Assembly: GCF_006345805.1 (NCBI RefSeq)
Contig: NC_042999.1
Location: forward strand, 161,944,001-162,008,000
Source of the DNA: Octopus sinensis
Taxonomy: Eukaryota
DNA length: 64,000 nucleotides
Direction of reading: 5' to 3'
The notes under the pieces were generated by a model. The model was not told where the DNA came from and searched no databases. It worked only from the letters and a program-made list of their open reading frames with translations. The translations under genes and the position numbers were made by a program. Numbering within the stretch: position 1 is the stretch's first letter; each line of letters starts with the position of its first letter. Below, piece after piece: positions 50,693-61,469 of the stretch.

Positions 50693-51651
50693 TTCAATAC
50701 TGTAAAATCGTAAAAATTGCAAATAATAAAATGTGAAAATCAGACTAAGTCAGAATTTCATTGATTAATACACACACACACACACACACACTCACCCCAC
50801 AGTATACATACATACATATACACACATGTACACAATTGTTTGCATACACATATAAATGTATATGTGTGCATGTCTTTGTATGCATTTATATATGCATATA
50901 CCTACACAACTGTGTGTATACACATGTACACAAATACACACACACACACACTAATATATGTTAATGTGTATTGATTAGGGCCAATTTATTTGAGTGTTAA
51001 ACTATGAAAGGTCAATAGTTCAAAGATTATCTCCTATATCACTTATCATCTCTCATTGGCTCAGATGTTACTTCATCTAAAGGAATAACAGTAGGATGCA
51101 AATGAGTCAAAGTCTGTCTTTCAGTAACAAAGTCACACCATATGTCAGTGAATCATGTTTGTGGCTCTCCTTTCACTCCTTGTCAAGACAGCCTTTGTTT
51201 GGTCCAACTCCTATACAAAGGCAAGGTATGGGGTCTCTCTCCATTGCTCCTATAGTAATTGTGAAGCAGTAAGTGGGTCTCTGGCTGGATAGGGGCCAAG
51301 TACATGCTTTTGTTTAGTAAGCTGATGATGTGATGAGCCTATCCCTCTACAAACACTAAAATATAAACACACATTAACTCACACACACACACACACACAC
51401 ATCAGTGTACAAACTGCTGTAAGCACATTTAATATATACATTATTAAATGTATTTTCTAATGTAACCAGGTGTATAGCAAACAATACTTTGACTGTGGTA
51501 GAAACAAGGAAACTTTTGTCCTCGAACTGGTACAACTACTTTATCTCCAAGAAAATCACAGGTTACTGAATCAATAACATGTTTGGTAACCAACCAAATA
51601 GTGTGTGGTTCATATATTTCTAGTGCTGCACTGTCTGGAGAAAGGACACTT

Positions 51652-51995
51652 CATCATCATCATTGTTCGACTGTGGTCGAGACAATGGAATTTACCATGC
51701 TACGCCAGACTTCACAGTCGATCATGGCATTACGGAGGTCCTGTTGCTGGATGCCTGTATCCCTGGAGATTACATCAGGGTAGGAGAGTGTGCACCCTCT
51801 GGTATTGCGAGTAGATGGCTTCCAGAGGAGAAGAGTAGAAATTACTTCTTTTTCAGCTCTACAACAATGTCCAGCAAACTGGACCCTCCTACCTTTCACA
51901 AGAGATGACACAGGTGGTAGTTTCCCATATATTTGCATTTTGGTTGGATGGTTTCCACCCAGCTGCAAAACTGTGCTTAGAAACATGTAATTTGC
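51652..51995 (-). mobile_element. 3' end of a second RTE-group LINE (RT C-terminus and (GAT)n tail)
   Basis: HPTKMQIYGKLPPVSSLVKGRRVQFAGHCCRAEKEVISTLLLWKP..YPDVISRDTG..EVWRSMV. Confidence 0.8.
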
Positions 51996-52420
51996 CGGTG
52001 GAAGCAATGTAAAATCCTTCCTACTCATGATTGAAGAAAGGGCAGAGAGAAAGAACTTGAAAGGGAGGAAGAGTGGACCCATGGTGGAAGCATGAATAAA
52101 TACCTAGAAGCCATCCATAGCCATCACCAACAAGAACAATGTTCAATCAGCATCACCCTTCCCACATGCATTTCCCCTTCACAACCAACGCAACAACAGT
52201 ATCATCGCCATTAACAAGTCAATGGAGGAGCCCCTGAAGGGTCACTCAACCTGCTAGAAATCACACCCTATCATCTGGGAAAGATGGAATGTTCATGAGT
52301 GAAATACCTTTGATTGGAGCTGGTCTGGAACAACACTTTCAGTGGCCACCATAACCAACCAACAGCATACAATCACCAGTATCCATTCACCATCACCATC
52401 ACTACACCCACCTCAGCACA

Positions 52421-52464
<44 letters not shown>

Positions 52465-55400
52465 TTGCTGCTGCTGCTGTTGCCACTACCACCACCAGAA
52501 GAAGAAATGTCAACTCAGTAACCTGCAAAAAATAGCCTGAACATTGTTGTTGCAGATATACAGACATGATGTTCATGACTGGAATGACTTTGCTTTTGCG
52601 CAGTCAGGGCTAACCAGCACCATCAGCAACATGTCATGCTTGCACAGTGTGTGTGTGTGTGTGTGTGCAGCAGTAACACAAGCATATTGGAAACACCAGA
52701 GAAGGTCTCTGGATTACACCCACTCACTCACTTGACCGATTATTTATGCATCACATGTCCGCTCAAGGCTACACAACTACACCACCATCCCCATCCTCCC
52801 AACTGCTAAGTCCATCGCTACCACCATCAACACCATTCCACCGCAACCGATAATATTAAACTTTAAATTGGATTAACTGTTGTGCAAAGCAAGTGCCAGT
52901 AGAACAGGAAATGGCTTTGTATAAGTGTGTGTGGGCAGAGGAGTAAATATTGATTTAATGCATGAGTAATCACACACACGTGTGTATACATTACTCTTTG
53001 TTTTGAGATTTAGATTCTCTTCACTTTATACATTTTCCATTCAGTTACGACCCAGGAGACTATAGAAGAAGTAGTTCTGTCATTGTTCTCAGAATATCTC
53101 TAGTGCTGATGGCATGATAAAATCCATGCAGTCCACACTGTTGTAGAGTTGGTGACAGGAAGAGCATCTGGCTATAAAAAAAAAACCATACCAAAAAGCA
53201 ACAGCATAATGTACAAAACAACAATGTTTTTTGAATATCTCAGTTACTGGGTGTCTGAGACAACAAAGGACTGCAGCTGGAAGCAAGATATTTTGAGTCT
53301 CAGACTTTCTTTGTTCTTTTCCATATCTTTTCCTTCTCTGCATATGCAGACAGATGTCAACATAGTTTGTAGAATATACTCTGTATCAACTGTCAACTTA
53401 CAAATTTAGCACCTTCCAATGAACATTATTCTCATATGTTGTACCAAATAGCACTGCTGGTGCCGGCTTATAACCAGGTGTTTAAATCTAAACCAAACCA
53501 TTCTGTAGTTACAGCAGTCCATGATGGTACCCCATTAGACTAAGAGTAGCAATCTTTAATACATGTAGCTACTATACCATTATACTATTTGCTAAAGATA
53601 GCTTTTCCTTTGCTCTTAGCTGCAGCCAAACTCACAACAAGGCTGCAGTTTACTAATCAACACTTTTCCTTTTGAATTCTGGCAGCTAGGACATCATGGA
53701 TTTAGCCATAATCCCACTGCATTCACCCTTCATCTGGATCGTACACATATAAACATTTGTATATGTAGAGAGAGAGAGTGTGTGTGGTGGGGGGATATCC
53801 AGAATAAATCCTTTTGTGCTCTAGATTTAAGAATTAGTTTCATTCATGCATGGCCTTAACCACATTGCAGCTCCAGACCCACATATTCATTCTAGGTGTC
53901 AAAATTGCTTTAAGTCTAACATTATTTCAAGCAGGTTGGGAATGTCTGAGCCAACAGACTGTGGGCCAGAAGCTGGAGGGTGTGACTTTATGCCAATCAG
54001 TTAGGTGGCCCTTTGCTGAATGTAGTCTACAATGTCTGTGTTTATTAAGGCAAATTATTATGCTCTTTGGAATTGAGTAATTTTCCCTCTATTTTTCCTT
54101 CATCAACTCAGGACTCCTCTATCCATTTCAAATAAAGTGAAATAACTTCTATCAGATAAGGAGCAATGACATAATTTGTCACAGCTGTCACACACGAGTC
54201 CTGTTTAATACGTGACATAGTGCTGCTAACAGTTCATCCAACCTTTGGAACAAATGCTGCCAACTGAATGTGACTGACCTTTACAACATAAGTAATTTAA
54301 GGAACATCATCAATTTTCAATTAATCACCAGGTTAACAATATGAGAGACAGATTTTTGGTCATTTTCTGTCATAGGAGGTTCCCTCAGCCTTTTCTGGGC
54401 CAGAATTATAAAAGCATTGCAAATTTCAATTATAGCAAAAATCTTTTTGAAATAGACTCTCTTTGAGGAGAGAAAATATCTATCTGTCTGACTGATTTCA
54501 AATCTAAGAATACAGCCATCAACATATAAGCTATATATGTCTCTATTTTCACCTCAGATATAACCAAACAAGATTTAAGATCAGTCATCAGACCCACAGA
54601 TAGGAAGAAAAAGACATTTGTTTACAATCGTCACAAAACAGCAATGGCTTAGGTGTGTTGCAAAAAAGTGTTTTACCTTGCACCATACCATACAGTTATA
54701 GAAGAGAACGAATACTGTTTAGTGCATAAATAATTAACTTTTCATTGGGTTAATTTTAGCCTAGAAAAGTCCTTAATTACTGACAGCTGAGTGCAATGGC
54801 TATTGCAACGTAAACCATCTTAATGCTCTTATCAATGAGTTAATCCTTTCAAAGTCCATAACATGCAGTAATTGTAATGACTATAGCTAACGAGTTAACA
54901 CTTAAACAGTGAATCTAAAAGTGGTTAATCTTTTTATATAGCAAAAGTTATTTTTAGAAAAGTCAGATTTAGTAATAGTATCCATTATAAGATGCTGCCA
55001 GTAACTAAGGACTATGAAAAGAGGAACTAATTGATAATAGGGTTTATAGTTTGTTTTGTTATTTTTTTTATTCATTCTATACTAGTGGGTAACTCGGAAA
55101 TTGGCAAGTGATAAATGTTCAATTTTGCAGTTAATTACTTGCAACAAACTGCATTTAAAGGGATTAACTTCATATAATATTTATCATTTTGCTCCTCTTT
55201 ATAATTTAGTAAATAGTAAAATCCCTTCCATTACCTTCCCATTCCTCTACCCACCCCACCGAAACCATTTACATTACTCATTGTCTTCCCTTCCTACTGT
55301 TTCTACCAATCACCTCCTATCTTTGCCTTCAGCCCATGCTCTCTCCCTCTCTGTTATACTCCATCTTTAATGTCTCTCAAATATAAACCATAACCCCATC

Positions 55401-55814
55401 CCCACCCCCAAGCCACTCCTATATCTCTCACCATCACTTGCTCCAATCACCTGTATCCTATCTTTCCTCACCTATGAAACCTCCTCTCTATCCCACCTGC
55501 CCACTCACCTGGTCCAATCCTCTGTGTCACTTCACCTATGTACCCTACCACTGTGTCTTGAGAGTATGTTCCCCTGACACACCTTTCTCCCTCTATCTTT
55601 CTCTCTATCTCTCTATCTTTCTCATTCTCTCTCCTTTCTTATCCAACTGGGCTATTCTCGTGTCTCCTCTAGAGCAAGACACCAACCTCTAACCCTGTTA
55701 TACTTTTTAACCTCATCAACTGGCACAAAGCTATCTGCCTCAAATCTACCCCCCACAAACACACCTAGTTGACGGGGGGGGGGGGTCTTTGTCTTGTAAG
55801 TTACTTGGTGACCC

Positions 55815-56016
55815 TACTGGTACTGGTTCCATGAAAAAAGCACCAAGTACACTCTGTAAAATGGTTGGCATTAGGAGGGGCATCCAGCTGTAGAAACCAT
55901 GCCAAAGCAGACAAAAAAGCTTGGCACAGCCCTCAGTCTTGCTGGCTCTTGTCAAACCACACAACCCATGCCAGCATGGAAAAGAGACATTTTAAATGAT
56001 GCTGATGATGACGATG
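55815..56016 (+). mobile_element. Diverged RTE 3'UTR fragment
   Basis: GGTTGGCATTAGGAGGGGCATCCAGCTGTAGAAAC..CCCATGCCAGCATGGAAAA..GATG. Confidence 0.7.
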
Positions 56017-56549
56017 AATTATACAAATAATTATATTCAATTTCACATGGACAGTTAAACTTATAACTGTGCATTTCAAACATGCATTCAGTTGTCAGTC
56101 TTTTAATGAAACAGAGAAGTGGTGATGTCATTGCAGCTAATTATTTACTGTACAGGGGAAGACATGGTTGTCCAGTTAAATAGCTCACTTCACAACCATG
56201 TGCTTTCAGGTTCAATTCTATTGTGCAGCACCATTGTCAAGTGTCTTTTACTCTAGATCAACCAGTGCCTTGCAAATGAATTTGGTTGAGGGGAGCTGTC
56301 TGCAAGCCTTGTCCTGTACGTGTGTGTTTGTATATATGTACAGGCTCACCACTTGACAAATGATGTTAGTTTGTTTATGTCCCCATAACTCAGCATTTCT
56401 CAAAAAATGACAACAAAATATGTATGAAACTTAAAATAAGTACTAGGGTCAATTTGGTTGACATCTTGGTTTCAGTACAATGAATGAAGCAAGTTTTTAA
56501 AAAAAAACATTTGGGGGGGGGTGAACAAATAGAGAGGAAACCCATTGTT

Positions 56550-56767
56550 CATTATTTACATTCAACGGATATTTGTCCTCATCTTGTTTGTTGTTAACAC
56601 AATGTTTCAGCTGATAAACCCTCCAGCCTTCTACCTGAAGAAGGATGGAGAGTATATCAGCCGAAACGTTGTGTTAACAGCAAACAAGATGAGGACAAAT
56701 ATCTGTCAAATGTAAATAACGTAAGTAATGTACATAATTCGTCATCTCTTAAATATAGAACTATAAG
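56550..56767. mobile_element. 218-bp foldback insertion with a 10-bp TSD (Penelope-like pLTR-derived by inference)
   Basis: ACCCATTGTT at 56540-56549 and 56768-56777. 80-bp inverted arms (56552-56631 and 56640-56719), 8-nt loop, 48-nt unpaired tail. Confidence 0.8.
56632..56673 (+). ncRNA. Candidate type-I hammerhead-like motif
   Basis: TAC-CTGAAGA-A-GGATG GAGAGTATAT CAGCC-GAAA-CG-TT-GTG. The antisense arm preserves GGCTG, giving a perfect stem II; ACGT palindromic stem III. Confidence 0.45.
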
Positions 56768-56789
56768 ACCCATTGTTATTTATAATAGA

Positions 56790-57165
56790 CTAGCAGTATC
56801 GCCTGGCGTTGCTCGGGTTTGTAAGGGAAATAACTATATAAGCATTTTTAGAGATGTAAAGTATAATAGCCATCTCAATATGGCTAACCACAAAGGGGGG
56901 GTGTTACTGTAGCTTTTTACGTTCTGAGATTTAATAATAAATTTTTAGAGAGTTATATATGCCAAAAATGCATTAAAAATGGGAAAAATTGATGGTAAAT
57001 TTTTTTTTAAATCGTAGATGCACGCTAATACCCAGAAGGGCTCGATATGAATCACGACTATAAGATACCGGCTTTTGGTTAAACTGCACCGCAAAATGTG
57101 GGAGTAGTTAGGAATCTAAATCGTAGGAGACAGACAGCACACAACCTCTCTTTTATATATAAAGA
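56790..57165 (-). mobile_element. Non-autonomous Helitron
   Basis: Reverse complement of the 18994-19390 type, with A|TC and CTAG|T ends. Confidence 0.88.
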
Positions 57166-57399
57166 TTGCAATGTGAACAGCAGCATCATTAGTTACAAGT
57201 TTCCTACAGATCAATAACTGTATTTATAACGGCAGGAACGACAAAGTGTCTAAACTGATGCAGAACAAATATTCCAAGATGATGTAATACAAATATTCCG
57301 GGAGATTTATTCATAAAGCACTGTTTTTGCAGTTTCCTCAACAATGTATAAATTGTACACTAATATGGATAAAGGGAAAAAGCCCCCTTCAGTCATGAA

Positions 57400-57637
57400 T
57401 GATCATGGGATTGTAACTAGAAAGATCAGGCAAGGTTGCTTATGGAAGACCAGTAGTCGCCCATACATACCAGCCTCCCCTCTCCACACCACCAGTGTTA
57501 TCCAAGGGAAAGGCAAAGGCCAATACAGCTTGGCACCAGTGACATCGCAACTCATCTCTACAGCTAAGTGAACTGGAGCAATGTGAAATAAAGTGTCTTA
57601 CTGAAGAACACAACACACAGTCTGATCTGGGAATCCA
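57400..57637 (-). mobile_element. SINE family D lacking its head
   Basis: Reverse complement of ~32360-32610. Confidence 0.75.
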
Positions 57638-58732
57638 AGTCTAGAGTAGAATACACTTGCCCAAGGTACAGCACAGTGAGATCAAACCCAGAACAATATG
57701 ATTGCGAAAAGAATATCCTAACTACAGAGTCATGCTTGAGCCCAAGTCAAAATAAACGGTGGTGGTAGTGCTGGTGGGGTTGCTGGAAACATGGTTTCCA
57801 GTAACTTTTACTTGTGAACGGTTTAACACATTGCTCTGCAATCATGAGGCCTTGAGTTGAGCCTCAAGTCAACCCAAGTCTTCTGAGTTGAATTGAATAG
57901 ATAGAAACTGTATGGAATCCTGCTGGGTCAATGTTACAAATGCAAATATACCTCCAGAGGATTTTGTGAAATCAGATATACATTTTTGATAATTGATGTA
58001 CCAACTAATCAAAGAATACATGCGTGCATGTGTCTTGCTGCATTAATACATGCAAAGACAACCCCTTCTAATTTGTGAGTGTTCTCATTTACTTTGTTAA
58101 CGTTCTTGGACAAAGCTACAGCATAAATACCACTAACAGTCCCCTAAAAATCTGATACCTATGTTAAAAAATAGAATTGAAGACAAATTTTTTTTTTTTT
58201 TTTGTTTTTGGAATGGTTTAATTTTCATGAAGGAAGTAAAAGAAACGCCAATTTGATGGAACTTTCTTGATATAAGTAACAACTGTGTTTTTGTGCCTTT
58301 GAAAAAGACATGACTAGCATATCCCTATTAGGGGATACTTTCAAAGTCATTATCCATGGAGTCGGAGTAGGTCTGATATGTGGTGTCTAGGTCGTGAGTG
58401 GAAAATAATATATGATAGGACAATGTTAGGGAGGACCAAAGAGTAATGTCAAGTGCTTAGGGTGGGCATTATTGGATCTAGTGGTTAAGTTATTGGTGTA
58501 TAGAAAGAAGAGAAACAGAAACAAGGCCAAACTCTATGGCTTGCTACACTTGATAAAGTTTGCAAAGTTAACAAAAGTAGTGAAGCACCAAACTGAGTGA
58601 ACTACAGTATTTAGTTTCACTCCCGCTACTTTATAAGTTCAAATTCCACCGGGGTCTTTTTTTTTTTTTTTTCTATTTGTTATGTCCCTAAGATCGATGA
58701 AACAAGTACCAGATATTTGTGCAGATTCCCTC

Positions 58733-58775
<43 letters not shown>

Positions 58776-58926
58776 CCTTCTCTCTCTCTCTTTTTCTGTT
58801 GTCAGAATATAGTATTTTTTTTTATGTTTCTATGGTGGATGATATCAATTTACAGTTATGAAAGTGGTTTTTATAGTTAAATTCTTATTTTGATATAATT
58901 TGTACTTCATGTTTTTAAATTTTTTT

Positions 58927-59233
58927 AATCATTTTCTGTTTTGCAGCACTGAAGTTTGAAATTTAAGAAAAAGTATTGCCAACTCTCTCGTGATGATGAA
59001 AAAAACAATGACTTTTGCCAGAGAATTTTAAACACTAAACTTTCCATTCCACTGTGAGAATCCTGCCAGTTGCTTGGCATAAATCAGCAACATTAAGAGT
59101 ATGGCTGGCTGACTGTATGATGACAGGCACCACAACATAACATTCTCATTTGCTTCCAACAATCGATCAGAATAATTTGAGGAAAAAAAAAGTTATTATT
59201 AACAGCTTAACCAATCTAATTGATGAGGTAAAT
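58927..59233 (+). promoter_or_regulatory. Possible non-coding 5'UTR exon (58947-59227) of the RING gene
   Basis: Acceptor-like ATCATTTTCTGTTTTGCAG ending at 58946 and donor-like GAG|GTAAAT at 59228. Motif match only. Confidence 0.25.
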
Positions 59234-59526
59234 GAAGGAGGAAGCAAGAAACTAAATCAATAAATGTGATTAGAAAAACAAAGAAAAAAATAAAGAAAAT
59301 TCCATGTCCTCGGAAACCAGAAGTATGAAGATAAATATAGATCGGTCTGCTAACCTAGTATGATAAAAAAATATCCAACTGAAATCAAGCTATTTTGTAT
59401 ATACTGGAATAATTTCATATATATAGAAATAACCAGAAAACCAGAGATGAATCTTCATTAGTATAAAAATAAACTTTTCTAACTAATATTTATATTCCTT
59501 AGACAAAAAATATAACATTTGATTAA

Positions 59527-59746
59527 CCCTTTCGTCACCAATCCAGCTGAAACCGGCTCTGGCTCTGAGTACAAATGTCTTGTTTTCATAAGTTTTGAAT
59601 TAAAATCTTCCATCAAACCTTAGTCTCAACTTATGTTCCTAACACTAGCTTAATGGTAACTAAGTTATTTTACTAAATTCTTTGTTACATTAAAAGTAAT
59701 GGAAAAAAACACAGTGCATCTCAAAATAAATGCAGTAACGAAAGGG
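59527..59746. mobile_element. 220-bp MITE with piggyBac-like ends
   Basis: TTAA|CCCTTTCGTCAC ... GTAACGAAAGGG|TTAA; TIR 11/12 matching. Confidence 0.8.
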
Positions 59747-61367
59747 TTAAATAAAGTGGATTTTTTCCCTTTGTACAATCAAATGAAGCAGAATGATAAT
59801 GCTATTTTCATATTAAACTTCATAAATATTAGAAACTAAAAACAATCTGTTCAAGCAGAGACCATACATATTATCAAAGGAAGAAATCTACATGGAGTAA
59901 ATCTACACATGTAAGGAATTTAAGTTGATGTGAGGAAAAAAAGTATCCTGTTTAAGTTGCATATGTAAGAAAATCGAAGACAATACTCCTTCCTAAAGTT
60001 ATATAAGCAAGGAAAGTCTAACATATATGAAAAATACAATATACAGAAAAAAAATATTCATACTGAAGTTATATACTGAATAGGTGCAAAGCAAGTGCAT
60101 ACAAAAATGTATGTACAATTTATAAATTGAATCTACAGCCTTGTCACGTACTTTGCAGTAATATACTGTATTCAAGAAAGGAAGATTATTTTCATAACGT
60201 AATAATAATAAACTATTTCTCCTATCTGTCTTTTAAAGTAAACAGGCCACACAAAAGATCAGGATACATATGTATTAACAATATATATACACATGATTCT
60301 AATTATAAGCATAAATCATTTTACAAGTTTTGCCTGATTGTATGCTCAGCTAAATTCAGCCAATGGTGATGCATTCCTATTCTACGGATATAAAAATATG
60401 TATGTATGTCAGTTAAAAATTTATATGTAAACATCATATATACGAAACTCAGCTGAGACAGTTACATGACTTCATTCAGACAGAAACGTTACAAAGTAAC
60501 AATCTGACAGAAGGCAAAACTATATTATAAATCAGTAGAATAAAATAGAAATTCAATATATATATAATTCACATTATATATTTACTAAAGGAAACAAATA
60601 GCTTTACTCTTGGAAAGAATTCACTATTTCATAAAATTCCAAAGTGAATAGAATGATACAAATCAATAAACAAGTCACTGGATCTACTGCTAAATACAAC
60701 CCTCTGAAGAAGTATTGGATAGTACATTTTATGAACAACTTATTCCCGAATACTTCCGGTACACTTGTTTCCAAGCAAAACAACTTTTTAACAATTGGTA
60801 TATTATCATCACTATGAATGATTATATTGCAAACATAAAAACATTTTCAACTAAAATTACAAGTACTGTCAAACAAAACAATATTTTAAAGCATAAAAAT
60901 ACAATTTATCAAAAGGAATTTAAGATATCGAATAAAAATTTTCAAAGGTATTTTCAGGCAATTGTGTAAGAAACATTTTACAGGGGAAATTTCAAGAAAT
61001 TATCAAAGAAGATTTTTTTTTTTAACAAAACATCATTTATAGAAATTGTGAAAGAATTTAATTACCATATAGATTTCTAAATACTGTGAAACCAGGAAAA
61101 GAATTGAACTAAAACAACAAAGAAAATTATCAAGTCAAGGCTTTTAGAAATCTCAGAAACTACCCAAAATACCAACCAGTACATTTGTTACTCCAACAAT
61201 GTTTCTCATCAAGTTCTTTATATAAGGTTTTCCACGTTAATAACATCCCCTAAAATGATTTGAGGTCTTTCAAGATGCAAGTTTACTTCAAACTCCATTT
61301 TATCCAAGTTGTAAAATAATAACAATAACAACAAGGGATGGTAAAATACAGCTGAAACATTTCAGCT

Positions 61368-61383
61368 AAATTATTCTCTTCAG
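61368..61383 (+). promoter_or_regulatory. Probable splice acceptor for the RING coding exon
   Basis: AAATTATTCTCTTCAG|ATATTT, 86 nt upstream of the ATG; in-frame TAA at 61440-61442. Confidence 0.45.
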
Positions 61384-61469
61384 ATATTTCATGCCACTTT
61401 GTTAAACAAGCAAATAATAATCTGAAACAAAATAGACAGTAATTTACCAAGGTCAACCAAAATCTGTTT

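Larger units (their letters stand above)
50482..50769. repeat. 288-bp near-perfect palindrome (143-bp arms, 2-nt centre)
   Basis: 50482-50624 pairs with 50627-50769; the only non-Watson-Crick pairs seen are 50599/50652 and 50601/50650. Confidence 0.95.
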
